Shown here piece by piece: positions 44,014-53,159 of a stretch of 64,000 nt of DNA. Location: NCBI GenBank assembly GCA_964410185.1, contig CAYPFM010000002.1, positions 134,047-198,046 of the forward strand. Reading direction: 5' to 3'. Under the pieces are notes generated by a model that was given only the letters and a program-made list of their open reading frames with translations, was not told where the DNA came from and made no database searches. A program made the translations under genes and the position numbers. Each line of letters starts with the position of its first letter. The first letter of the stretch is position 1. The stretch is from an uncultured Candidatus Saccharibacteria bacterium (lineage in GTDB: Bacteria > Patescibacteriota > Saccharimonadia > Saccharimonadales > JAUPVS01).

Positions 44014-44679
44014 ATGCGAAAAGGAACAAAAATTGCCATTGTTTGCACGGGTTTTTTGTTGTTTACCGTTGCGGTAGTGGGCTACGGTTTTTGGCGAGCC
44101 AGCCGAAAGCCACAGGCAAAAATTGTCGTCCCGGCGCCTACCAGCTCGACGGCCGGTACCCTGCAGGCCGCCAGTAATTCGGGCACTTCTTTGAGTGTTG
44201 GCAATAATACCGGTTTGGGTGGCGGTACCGAAATTAGCAGCTCCGCTAATCAGCAAACTGGAACTTCAAGCTCCAGCAAGCCGGCCACCTCATCCACCGC
44301 CGGTCCGGAAAGCTTTGGTCAGTACGAGCAGTATAAAGACAGTAAAACGACGCTCTACTCCGACTTGCAGGTCGGTACTGGCGCGGAACTTGTGGCTGGC
44401 AAAAAAGCCGCCGTTATTTACAAGGTCTGGTTAACCAACGGTACGCTGGTTGACGAGAGTAAACTGGACAAGCCTGGCGGTAAGCTGCAGCCCTTCGTCT
44501 TTACGCTTGGTGATCACTCGGTTATCCCCGGCTGGGAGCAAGGTGTTTTTGGCATGAAAGTAAATGGCGTCCGCCGTATGATTATTCCGGCTGCTCTGGC
44601 CTACGGTGCGCAAGGTCAGAGCGGCGTCCCGCCGAACTCCATGCTCATTATTGATGTTCAGTTATTGCAAGTTCAGTAA
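44014..44679 (+). CDS. Membrane-anchored FKBP-type peptidyl-prolyl isomerase
   Basis: Start MRKGTKIAIV at 44014; TM; a low-complexity linker; VIYKVWLTNGTLVDES...FTLGDHSVIPGWEQGVFGMKVNGVRRMIIPAALAYG. Confidence 0.88.
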   Translation: MRKGTKIAIVCTGFLLFTVAVVGYGFWRASRKPQAKIVVPAPTSSTAGTLQAASNSGTSLSVGNNTGLGGGTEISSSANQQTGTSSSSKPATSSTAGPESFGQYEQYKDSKTTLYSDLQVGTGAELVAGKKAAVIYKVWLTNGTLVDESKLDKPGGKLQPFVFTLGDHSVIPGWEQGVFGMKVNGVRRMIIPAALAYGAQGQSGVPPNSMLIIDVQLLQVQ

Positions 44680-44680
44680 C

Positions 44681-45463
44681 CTAGAACCAGTACTGTTTGG
44701 CGAAGAGACCGACCGTAACCAGCAAACCGATTATTACGACGATTCGGCGGATGACTTTGGTTGGTAACTTGGTGCTGTAGGCGGCACCAAACCAGCCGCC
44801 AAGGACGCTACCAACCAACAAGGCTGGTAACACCGACCAAGCGATCAGTCCGATGTGCACAAAGTACAGCACGGTCGTAAAGCTAATGGCGGTTCCGATG
44901 AGGTTTTTGAGCCCACTCATCTGATAGATATTGGTTAACTCGCTGAGCCCCAAAAAGGCCAGCATAATGATTCCAAGGCCAGCCCCAAAGTAACCGCCAT
45001 AGACCGCCAAAACGAACATGCAGATAAAAATGATCGAAAAAAACACGCCATGAAAACGCTTTTCTAACTTTTTGGCTTTGCGTGAGTAGAGCCATTTGTG
45101 TAGTGCCGGCTGGAACGCCAATAGGACGGTGGCCGACAACATGAACCAGGGCACGATATATTCGAAAGTACGGTCGGTGGTGCGGCCAAGCATGACTGCG
45201 CCGAGCATCCCGCCCAGCACGGCTGGTATGAGTAGTAAGTAGTATCGGCGCGGAAGCTTTGCAAGGTATTTTCGGTAGCCAAAGGCCGAACTGGCTTGAC
45301 CAGGACAGGTTACAAAACTAAAGGTGGCATTGGCGCTAATCGGCGGGATTCCAAGGCTCAGGAGTAACGGATAAAGCAACAACGCTCCCCCACCCGCGAC
45401 GGCGTTGACCATGCCAGCCACAAAGCCAAACAAAAACAGGGTACCAAGGTGGAGCGCATTCAT
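44681..45463 (-). CDS. TauE/SafE-family anion exporter permease
   Basis: 260 aa; 7-8 TM; FLFGFVAGMVNAVAGGGALLLYPLL is typical of TauE. Confidence 0.75.
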   Translation of the reverse strand: MNALHLGTLFLFGFVAGMVNAVAGGGALLLYPLLLSLGIPPISANATFSFVTCPGQASSAFGYRKYLAKLPRRYYLLLIPAVLGGMLGAVMLGRTTDRTFEYIVPWFMLSATVLLAFQPALHKWLYSRKAKKLEKRFHGVFFSIIFICMFVLAVYGGYFGAGLGIIMLAFLGLSELTNIYQMSGLKNLIGTAISFTTVLYFVHIGLIAWSVLPALLVGSVLGGWFGAAYSTKLPTKVIRRIVVIIGLLVTVGLFAKQYWF

Positions 45464-45522
45464 CAGTTAAGCATAACAAATATCGGACCGACCACCGAGA
45501 AAATTGGCCGAGCCCTGGCTTG

Positions 45523-45789
45523 TTAGGCTGTTTGCTTGGTACGGTGCATGCAGCCTACCCAGCAACACGGTCGCCGCTTGCCGGTGAGCAGTTCTTGGGG
45601 TACGCGTTCCACGTGGTTCTTGCGTGTCTCTGGCTTTTTGCAGGTCTCAACCCAGCAAATCCACTCATTTCTAGCCAGAGGCGTAATATCTTCCCATAGC
45701 TCCTGGGCTTGTTCGTCCGCCATAAGCGCGGCACGTAAGTCGGCCGGGATTTTGTGGACCACGCCTTGGGACAATTGTTGCGTTTTCAT
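45523..45789 (-). CDS. YdeI/OmpD-associated family protein
   Basis: 88 aa; IPADLRAAL...ELWEDITPLARNEWICWVETCKKPETRKNHVER matches the OmdA/YdeI C-terminal pattern. Confidence 0.65.
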   Translation of the reverse strand: MKTQQLSQGVVHKIPADLRAALMADEQAQELWEDITPLARNEWICWVETCKKPETRKNHVERVPQELLTGKRRPCCWVGCMHRTKQTA

Positions 45790-45797
45790 ATGCGGAA

Positions 45798-46655
45798 TTA
45801 TAGCAAATAGACGTACAGCAAGGCCATCGTCACCACAAAGCCGGCGAACCAGTTAATCTTGATGAAGCGCTTCCAGGCGGCGTTAGAGGTGGCAGCGTCC
45901 TTTTCGGTAACACTAATATATGGCCAAATGTTAGCGATGTAGCAAAGATTGACCGCTCCAACGATCAGCCCTAACCAGCCAAAGTACAGCATGATCAGGC
46001 CAGATGCGGCGTACAGGACGGCCGCAAAGCGGACCGTTTGTTTGGCGCCAATGACGGTCGCAATTGAACCAATGCCAGCGGCCTTATCGGACGTGATGTC
46101 CTGAACAGCGCCAAAGGCGTGACTGGCCATTCCCCACAAAAAGAACGACCCGACCATGACGGCATAGGCTGGTTGATAATGACTAAACGTCAGTGCGTAG
46201 ACCAGCGGCCCAACAAAGTGGATGCTGGAGGTCATCGAGTCGATAAACGGCCGTTCTTTAAAGCGCAGTTTGGGCAGGCTGTAGGCGAGTACCATGAACA
46301 TTACAAAGGCCAGCACGGCCGAGCCGACGGCCGTGCTTTGGGCGAACAAAAATATCAAGAATGGTATACACAGCGACACCGAAGCCACCAAGGTAAGCTT
46401 GTGGGTCGACTTGGCCAGCTTAGCGCCCTCTACCCCGCCCTTGCGCGGATTGAGCATATCCGACTCGTAGTCAAAGACGTCATTCACACCGTACATCAAC
46501 AGGTTATACGGAATTAAGAAGAAGACGGTGCCAACGACAAGGGTGGCATCGACCGTTCGGGTGGTCATAAAATAGCCGCCGGCAAACGGGTAGGCCGTAT
46601 TGATCCACGATATCGGCCGTGACGTTACGAAGAGATATTTAATCTTTGTTAGCAT
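45798..46655 (-). CDS. crtEb: UbiA-family prenyltransferase, lycopene elongase-like (CrtEb/LyeJ type)
   Basis: 285 aa; NDVFDYESDMLNPRKGG Asp-rich motif; multi-TM. It is the last gene of the crt operon and overlaps the cyclase subunit gene by 17 nt. Confidence 0.7.
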   Translation of the reverse strand: MLTKIKYLFVTSRPISWINTAYPFAGGYFMTTRTVDATLVVGTVFFLIPYNLLMYGVNDVFDYESDMLNPRKGGVEGAKLAKSTHKLTLVASVSLCIPFLIFLFAQSTAVGSAVLAFVMFMVLAYSLPKLRFKERPFIDSMTSSIHFVGPLVYALTFSHYQPAYAVMVGSFFLWGMASHAFGAVQDITSDKAAGIGSIATVIGAKQTVRFAAVLYAASGLIMLYFGWLGLIVGAVNLCYIANIWPYISVTEKDAATSNAAWKRFIKINWFAGFVVTMALLYVYLL

Positions 46656-46929
46656 AGCGTTTCCATAAATATGGTATCAGAACTACCGCGGCCAGCGTGT
46701 AAGCAAAATCTTCGATTGGTGCCCGGCCGACGTAGAAACCAATAATTTTGAGGCTATCGTAGGCGACGATGTGTGTGCCGACAATCAAGCTATCAAAGAC
46801 GGCCGTCATCATGAGTAAAACTGCCAGGATGGTTACAATTGGTCGCCAGGCCAGCTTTTGCGGCCACAGCAGACAGACCAAGCCAAGCCCGGCCAGTACG
46901 GCGACATCAAGCGCGATATAGGTGAACAC
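46639..46929 (-). CDS. crtYf: Lycopene cyclase-domain small subunit (heterodimeric carotenoid cyclase)
   Basis: 96 aa, 3 TM, ...APIEDFAYTLAAVVLIPYL (the PxE(E/D) motif of the cyclase domain). Confidence 0.7.
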   Translation of the reverse strand: MFTYIALDVAVLAGLGLVCLLWPQKLAWRPIVTILAVLLMMTAVFDSLIVGTHIVAYDSLKIIGFYVGRAPIEDFAYTLAAVVLIPYLWKRYANKD

Positions 46930-47221
46930 AGCCCCTCCAGAGTAATAATGTCACGTAGGTGAACATGGATAAGAAGAATAGTTCCTCGAGCGGCACGCGT
47001 GGCAGCAGCATGACATGCAAGGCGTATGGTGAGTTGCCTGGGAAGAATATCTTGAGCGCCACCCCCAGGATGTCCCAGACCAAGAAGAACCCCACCGCCG
47101 TGGCCAGGGTTTTGGCGGTTCGTTGCCAGTCGTAGAAAAAGGCTAGCCGCAGGCGCCAATCAGCCACCAGCAATATTGCGATTACCGCCAGCAAACTGCC
47201 TAGATAGGCGTAGTGCATCAT
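46907..47221 (-). CDS. crtYe: Lycopene cyclase-domain small subunit (heterodimeric carotenoid cyclase)
   Basis: 104 aa, 3 TM, ...LLPRVPLEELFFLSMFTYVTLL (PxEE motif). Confidence 0.7.
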   Translation of the reverse strand: MMHYAYLGSLLAVIAILLVADWRLRLAFFYDWQRTAKTLATAVGFFLVWDILGVALKIFFPGNSPYALHVMLLPRVPLEELFFLSMFTYVTLLLWRGCVHLYRA

Positions 47222-48729
47222 AGCGGTTGTATTCCCCCCAGTGGGCCGCTGGTTTTGTCACCAACCAGGCGTTTGTAGACCAGTTCGGCGCCAATTAGGC
47301 ACATCGGGATGCCAATGCCTGGCACAGTGCTCGCTCCGACGTAGTACAAGTTCTTCACTTTCTTGCTCTTGTTGCGGGGGCGGAAGACGGCGCTTTGGCG
47401 CAGGGTGTGCGACAGGCCCAGGGCGGTTCCCTGCCAAGCATTAAAATCATGGCTAAATTCAGATGGACCGTAGGTGCGCTTAAAGACGATCCGTTTGGCC
47501 AGGTCGGGCGTGTTGCTCATCTGGGCAATCTGTTCAATATATTGATCGGCGAGTTTGTCGAGCCCCGCTTTGCCGAGCTTTTCGACGGCTGGCCCGGGCA
47601 CCAACACGAACATATTTTCGTAACCTTTTGGTGCTACCGACGGATCAGTTTTGCTGGGCACGCAGACGTACAGCGACGCTGGCTCCGGCCATTCCTGCTT
47701 GTCAAAAATCTGACTAAAGCTGGTCTGCCACTGATCGCTAAAGAACAGGTTGTGGTGCTCAAAGCCTTTCAGCTCACCCTTAACGCCCAAGTACAACAAG
47801 ACGGCCGACGGCCCGTTGGTGCGTTTTTGCCAGTATTGTTCGGGGTAGGTTTGTAGGTGTTTAGGAAGCAACTGAGTTTCAGTAAAATGTAGGTCGGCGT
47901 TGGACACAACCAAGTCGGCCATAACCTTGCTGCCATTGGCGAGTTTAATGCCAGTAGCCACCCCTGCTTTGGTGATAATCTGGGTGGTTGGGCTATTGTA
48001 GTGGTACTGAACGCCCAGTTTTGTACCAATCTTGACCAACGACTCAATAATCTTGTATAGCCCGCCCTGCGGGTAGTAGACGCCTTGGCTAAAGTCGAGG
48101 TGACTCATTAAAGAATAAATGGCTGGTGCCTTGAACGGCGAGGTACCCAAAAAGACGGCGTGGTATTCCATGACCTTTTGTAGCTTAGGATTGGTAATCG
48201 AGGCTTCGACATTTTGGTGCAAGGTCTTTTTAGCCATAGCCAACATCTTGGGGCCAGCCGCAAGGACTTCTTTGGCCACAACGTTTTTGGGCGACGTAAA
48301 GTTGTTATACAAAAAGTAGCGAGTGGCGATATTGTAGATTTGCTGCGACTTGGTGAGGTAGTCGTCCAAGGCCTGTCCACTGCCCTTTTGGATGGACTCA
48401 AAGGTCTGGCGGTCGTGCTTTAGGTTACCCTGGATGGCTAGCGTGGTGCCATCCTGGTAGGTAATTTTGTAACCCGGCTTAAGACGAATTAAATCAAGTT
48501 GTTGCGTGACGTCCTCACCCAGCAGTCGGTAGTATTGTTCAAACACTTCGGGCATAAGGTACCACGACGGGCCGGTATCAAACCGAAACCCCCGGGCGTC
48601 AAAACGCCCGGCCCGCCCGCCCGGCTGACTATTCTTTTCATACACGCTTACTTGCAGCCCGGCTTTGGCCAGAATGTTTGCTAAGGCCAGACCACCAACG
48701 CCGGCACCAATAATAACGGCCGTCTTCAC
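47218..48729 (-). CDS. crtI: Phytoene desaturase
   Basis: 503 aa (GTG start, GTGA overlap with crtB); VIIGAGVGGLALA dinucleotide fold; C-terminal YYVGASTVPGIGIPMCLIGAE. Confidence 0.92.
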   Translation of the reverse strand: MKTAVIIGAGVGGLALANILAKAGLQVSVYEKNSQPGGRAGRFDARGFRFDTGPSWYLMPEVFEQYYRLLGEDVTQQLDLIRLKPGYKITYQDGTTLAIQGNLKHDRQTFESIQKGSGQALDDYLTKSQQIYNIATRYFLYNNFTSPKNVVAKEVLAAGPKMLAMAKKTLHQNVEASITNPKLQKVMEYHAVFLGTSPFKAPAIYSLMSHLDFSQGVYYPQGGLYKIIESLVKIGTKLGVQYHYNSPTTQIITKAGVATGIKLANGSKVMADLVVSNADLHFTETQLLPKHLQTYPEQYWQKRTNGPSAVLLYLGVKGELKGFEHHNLFFSDQWQTSFSQIFDKQEWPEPASLYVCVPSKTDPSVAPKGYENMFVLVPGPAVEKLGKAGLDKLADQYIEQIAQMSNTPDLAKRIVFKRTYGPSEFSHDFNAWQGTALGLSHTLRQSAVFRPRNKSKKVKNLYYVGASTVPGIGIPMCLIGAELVYKRLVGDKTSGPLGGIQPL

Positions 48730-49541
48730 ACCGACCCCGGCTTGGTCAGGAGTAGTAATTTGTACGAGTTCTTGATGCGCACCCGCTTGGTTTTAATCAC
48801 GTCGATCGGCGTGTCCTTGAGCTTAGTCAGTAAGGCGGTGTAATAGCGATAGCTGGCAGTGACGGCTCGGCGGGCACCGGGTGGGAGTTGGCGAATGGCC
48901 GGAACGGCGGCGGCAAAATCGGCCTCGATATCTGTAATGATGGCCGCTTTTTGCTTTTCATCAAGACCCTCAAACGTCACGCCCGGAAAGTAGCAGCGGC
49001 CCAACTCTTTGTAGTCTTCGGCGATGTCACGCAAAAAGTTTACCTTTTGGTAGGCGGCTCCCAATTTACTGGCGCCATCTTTTAGAGAGTCGTAACGCGC
49101 ATCGTCACCATTACAAAATACCCGCAAGCACATTAAGCCAACCACTTCGGCGGAACCGTAAATGTAGGCCTGGTATTGGCTGGCCGTAAAGGACTTTTTA
49201 GTCAGGTCGGTCCGCATACTGGCAAAGAATGGTTTGAGCAATGCTTGGGTGATACCAAATTGGCGGGCGGTGGCTTGGAAGGCGTGCACGATGGGGTTGG
49301 CGCTGTAGCCTCGTTCCATGGCGCGGTAGGTTTCGGCTTCAAGCTCATTGAGCATGGCCTCGGCATGTGGCCCGTGGTAGGTGTCAACAATCTCGTCGGC
49401 AATCCGGGTTAAGCCGTAAATGTCGTAGATGTGCTGGCGGATGGATTTGCTGAAGAGCCGACTAGCCAGGCCAAATGAACTGGAGTAGGCGTTGGTAAAC
49501 AGACGACTACCAGCCCGAGAGGTGGATAAGTACAAGTCCAT
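48726..49541 (-). CDS. crtB: Phytoene synthase
   Basis: Start MDLYLSTSRAGS at 49541 (TAATG junction with crtE); SSSFGLASRLF, YGLTRIADEIVD, YQKVNFLRDIAEDY. Confidence 0.9.
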   Translation of the reverse strand: MDLYLSTSRAGSRLFTNAYSSSFGLASRLFSKSIRQHIYDIYGLTRIADEIVDTYHGPHAEAMLNELEAETYRAMERGYSANPIVHAFQATARQFGITQALLKPFFASMRTDLTKKSFTASQYQAYIYGSAEVVGLMCLRVFCNGDDARYDSLKDGASKLGAAYQKVNFLRDIAEDYKELGRCYFPGVTFEGLDEKQKAAIITDIEADFAAAVPAIRQLPPGARRAVTASYRYYTALLTKLKDTPIDVIKTKRVRIKNSYKLLLLTKPGSV

Positions 49542-50632
49542 TACTTGACTCGCTTGGTGGCCTTTTGGATGATCTGGCGGAAGGCGTCCTTGGCGGCGTC
49601 GGACATAGCCAGACACTCGAGCATGCTGGTGGCTTGAGCGGCGTACAGCTCGATTTGGGCTAGGCAGTCAGCTTTGGCCCCGCAGCGTTCCAAGATGGCC
49701 TGAACCTGCTTGGCTTGCGTTTGGGTAACCTTGGGGTTGCCTAGCAGCTTTTGTAGCTTGGCCAAATCGGCCTTGTTGGCTCGGGCAATCGCCTGCTCCA
49801 TTAAGTAGGTGCGCTTGCCCTCGCGAATGTCGCCGACAGTGGTTTTGCCGGTAACTTTGGAGTCACCGTAAATACCAAGTAGATCATCGGCCAGCTGGAA
49901 GGCGATGCCCAAAGCAATGCCCATCTCTTCAATCAGGCCAACATCTGGCTTGCCAGCATTAGCCAGTAGCGCGCCAGTGACCATCGGGCCGACAAAGGAG
50001 TATCGTGCCGTTTTGAGGTCGGCAATTTTGAGTGCTTTCCCGCTTCCCCAGGCTAGTAAAGAAGACTCGGTGTCGAGTAGTTCGCCACCACCAACCAAAA
50101 AGATCGATTCGCCCAGCTTTGCCGTGGCTTGGGCTTTTTGCGCGTCATTGAGCTGGCTGCTGGCGATGAGCTGGTAGGCGCCAGACAGCAAAAGATCACC
50201 CGCCAAGATGGCGGCGCTGTTACCAAAATGCTCGGCGTTACGGCCAGCCCCCCGCTTGCTATACGACTTCTTCATCAGCCCGGCCACATTGTCCTGGCCA
50301 TAGCGAACATAGTCTTTATCAATAATGTCGTCGTGTATCAGCAAGCTAACATGCAGTAGTTCCTGCGCGGCCGCCACTGGTAAAACTTGCTCGTAGTCGG
50401 CGCCGCCATAGGCAAGATAGGTCAGTACCAAGAAATACGGGCGCAGCCGTTTACCACCGACCATTGCCAGCGACTCCATGGCCCGCCACAGATCGCCATA
50501 TTGCTCGTCCAGCTGATCGCTGTGGGTGACATTGTCAGCAAAGTACTTCGCCAAGAAGTCGCCTACATCTTGTTTGACGCGATCTTGGCTGAGAATTAGG
50601 TCACGTACATCGGGTGTATTGGCTTGACTCAT
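49541..50632 (-). CDS. crtE: Polyprenyl (geranylgeranyl) diphosphate synthase
   Basis: 363 aa; FARM LLIHDDIIDKD and SARM FQLADDLLG. Confidence 0.88.
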   Translation of the reverse strand: MSQANTPDVRDLILSQDRVKQDVGDFLAKYFADNVTHSDQLDEQYGDLWRAMESLAMVGGKRLRPYFLVLTYLAYGGADYEQVLPVAAAQELLHVSLLIHDDIIDKDYVRYGQDNVAGLMKKSYSKRGAGRNAEHFGNSAAILAGDLLLSGAYQLIASSQLNDAQKAQATAKLGESIFLVGGGELLDTESSLLAWGSGKALKIADLKTARYSFVGPMVTGALLANAGKPDVGLIEEMGIALGIAFQLADDLLGIYGDSKVTGKTTVGDIREGKRTYLMEQAIARANKADLAKLQKLLGNPKVTQTQAKQVQAILERCGAKADCLAQIELYAAQATSMLECLAMSDAAKDAFRQIIQKATKRVK

Positions 50633-50887
50633 CTGTTTTATTATAGCAAAAAACGGCCGCTAATCACTCCTCATGCCCTGGCTTTGTATTAGCTAGAGCT
50701 GCCAGGCTTGCGGCACCGAACGGCGCTACTCGGTTACCCAAGCCGCTGATAATTTTCGACCGCTTATCGAAGACATCAAGCTAGTAGCGTTCAAAAACTA
50801 GGGCTATTGTTGAGATACCTGGACAAAAACCACTGTAAGTTGTTAAAATAATGGTTACGGTTACACAACAAAAAAAAGGAACTCAAA

Positions 50888-51604
50888 ATGATGAAAAGAA
50901 AAATTGTAGTCAGCCTGGTGGCAATGCTCTTTGCCTTAGGCCTATTTAGCGTGCCGGTCTTGGCCAGGGACGGTACGAGCGGAAGTGACGATAATACCAC
51001 AACCACACAAGCAGCTACCACTGCACCCGATGACTCAACAACTCAAACGACCACGCACGAGAACTCAAGCGACACAACGAAGACTGAGCGGCAGAAACAA
51101 GTAACCAAAGTTGAGCAAGAAGCTGACGACAAAGCCAAATCTACTCAAGAAGATGGTCTTGAAACCGAGGCCAAGCTAGAAGTTGCCTCCTTGCTCAAAG
51201 TTCATGATAAGCACACTGACTCCGATCGACAAAAGGCCTGCCAAGCGGCTGAACAAGGCCTTGAAACCAAGCTGGGTGGTCTGGCAACCAATAGTACTAG
51301 CTTTCAGACCAAAATCGACACTGCCCTTAATCTAGCTATCGGCTACCAAAAAGATCAAAACGTTACCGTTGCTAACTTCGACCAGCTTGTCGCTGCTGCA
51401 CAGGCGGCCAAAGCCAAGGCTGCTGCCTCGGTAACTGTGCTGAATGGCCTGAGCCCAAACCTGGACTGTAGTCAGAATACGGTGGCAACCAACCTTGCTA
51501 AATTCAAGGTGGCAACCAAGCAAGCCAAAACGGACTTGCTGGCCTACAAAGAAGCTGTTAAGGCTGTCTTACGAGCCTTAGAAGACGCAAAGGCGGGCAA
51601 CTAA
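50888..51604 (+). CDS. Secreted alpha-helical hypothetical protein
   Basis: 238 aa; signal peptide ...VLARDG, a T/D-rich stretch, then coiled-coil-like A/K/E-rich sequence. Confidence 0.5.
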   Translation: MMKRKIVVSLVAMLFALGLFSVPVLARDGTSGSDDNTTTTQAATTAPDDSTTQTTTHENSSDTTKTERQKQVTKVEQEADDKAKSTQEDGLETEAKLEVASLLKVHDKHTDSDRQKACQAAEQGLETKLGGLATNSTSFQTKIDTALNLAIGYQKDQNVTVANFDQLVAAAQAAKAKAAASVTVLNGLSPNLDCSQNTVATNLAKFKVATKQAKTDLLAYKEAVKAVLRALEDAKAGN

Positions 51605-51605
51605 G

Positions 51606-51875
51606 ATGAAACGTAGTAACAACCAACATGGCTTCGCCGCACTCGAATTAATTTTAATCGCAGTTGTCGTTGTCTTCATCGGTTTTATCAGCGTAAAAGT
51701 GTTCAAAAAGCCAACTGCGACTAAGACGACTGTCGTTTCCTCTCAGGTCACCATGCCCACCAAGATTCAGTCCAAGGCTGACGTGAGCCAGTCCATCAAA
51801 GCACTCGACGCGGCACCAATCGACAGCAAGCTAGACCCAAACCAACTTAATGGCAGTATCAACTCGCTCCTGTAA
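51606..51875 (+). CDS. Type IV pilin-like protein (prepilin-type N-terminal signal)
   Basis: 89 aa; MKRSNNQHG|FAALELILIAVVVVFIGF shows G/F cleavage context with Glu at +5 and a hydrophobic helix. Confidence 0.6.
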   Translation: MKRSNNQHGFAALELILIAVVVVFIGFISVKVFKKPTATKTTVVSSQVTMPTKIQSKADVSQSIKALDAAPIDSKLDPNQLNGSINSLL

Positions 51876-51935
51876 GTGACCCGCCACAATGGTTGGCGTA
51901 CTACCCGCAGATTGAAGCACTTATCAAGCAGTAGT

Positions 51936-53069
51936 CTAGTCTTTAAAAAGGATGTCTTCCCAGAGTTGTGGTGGGGTTAATGGTGCCGTGGCTGGCGGCC
52001 CAGTGATGTGCGACTGGCCAACGACTGGCCAGGCTACGGGGTTAACTTTGGACTGACGAGTGACGACTGCCTCTTTGGTGATATTAAATGAAGTAAGGTC
52101 TTGGGCGATGGTAACCGGCCCATCGTACTGCTCGCGCATTTCGTCGAAGGCTGGTCGCACGGTGTCGTGGTCGACAGCAAAGTGCCACATAACGGACATG
52201 CGGGCACCGGATTGTTTAAAGATTTTGCCGGCCATGGCGGGGCTGGTGTGAACGCCATTAACAATTTGCTCGGCAAAGGCCACCGGTACGCTGGCTTTTA
52301 CAGCGTACGTACTGGCTGTTGGGAAGGTTTCGTGTATGAGTAAATCGGCACCCTTGGCGGCTTCAATAACTGTAGTGCAAGGCCTGGTATCGCCAGAAAA
52401 TACGACGCTGCGACCGGCGTATTCTAGCTTGTAGCCGACGGCACCAAAATGTAAGTGAATTACTGGGAAAGAAGTTATTTTTACTCCGTTACGCTCATAA
52501 ACCACCTCAGTTTTATCGTATGGTACTTCGGTGGTTATGGTGTGGGCACCCGATTGGCCGGGGTGGCCCGCCATCGATTCGGTGTCCCAGGCAAAAGCTT
52601 CCTCGAGGTGTTGCGCAAAGTGTTTTGTACCATACTTTTGGTTGTCGCTGGCTGGACCCCAAATCTCTACGGGGTCCCGACGTCCAGCCTTGGCGCTGCT
52701 CCATATTAATGTCGGTACATCACCAATGTGATCGGCGTGTAGGTGGGTAATAAACAGCTTGGTCGTAGAGGTTACGGGCAATTCGAGGGCGTTAAAGTTG
52801 GCTAGGGCTCCAGAACCGAGGTCAAAGAAGAACATATCTTTTTCTTGATTACCGACTTCAATAAGGATAGAGGCGGATGACTGGCCAATTTTGACGAAGG
52901 GATCGCCACTACCCAAGACGGTGACCCGAATTTCTTCAGGTGCTAATGGCTCAGACTTATGAATGAGCTCGCTCGGGTATTCTTGCCCCGGTTCCCCAAC
53001 GACGGGCGTCGGTGTCAGCGGCTGGGTACTGCCCTCGATTGCGAGCCTGGTTGTTGCGTCAATCTTCAT
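51936..53069 (-). CDS. MBL-fold metallo-hydrolase
   Basis: 377 aa; LFITHLHADHIGD (HxHxDH motif), downstream FSGDT and HETF. Confidence 0.8.
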   Translation of the reverse strand: MKIDATTRLAIEGSTQPLTPTPVVGEPGQEYPSELIHKSEPLAPEEIRVTVLGSGDPFVKIGQSSASILIEVGNQEKDMFFFDLGSGALANFNALELPVTSTTKLFITHLHADHIGDVPTLIWSSAKAGRRDPVEIWGPASDNQKYGTKHFAQHLEEAFAWDTESMAGHPGQSGAHTITTEVPYDKTEVVYERNGVKITSFPVIHLHFGAVGYKLEYAGRSVVFSGDTRPCTTVIEAAKGADLLIHETFPTASTYAVKASVPVAFAEQIVNGVHTSPAMAGKIFKQSGARMSVMWHFAVDHDTVRPAFDEMREQYDGPVTIAQDLTSFNITKEAVVTRQSKVNPVAWPVVGQSHITGPPATAPLTPPQLWEDILFKD

Positions 53070-53159
53070 AATTTGTGCCTCCCTTTTGGAATACGTTTAG
53101 CCACTATATCCATAGTAGCATTTTGGCCTAGTTAAGCACCTAAACAAATGTTGGTTGTA

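Noticed and set aside
50704-50745. Nested hairpin GGCTTG-CGGC-ACCGA-acggcgctac-TCGGT-TACC-CAAGCC upstream of crtE, considered as a regulatory RNA or a fourth member of the hairpin-repeat family.
   Set aside because: It lacks the conserved GGCTTC...CTGCAGAT module, and its stems are short with large internal mismatches. There is no second copy to support significance.
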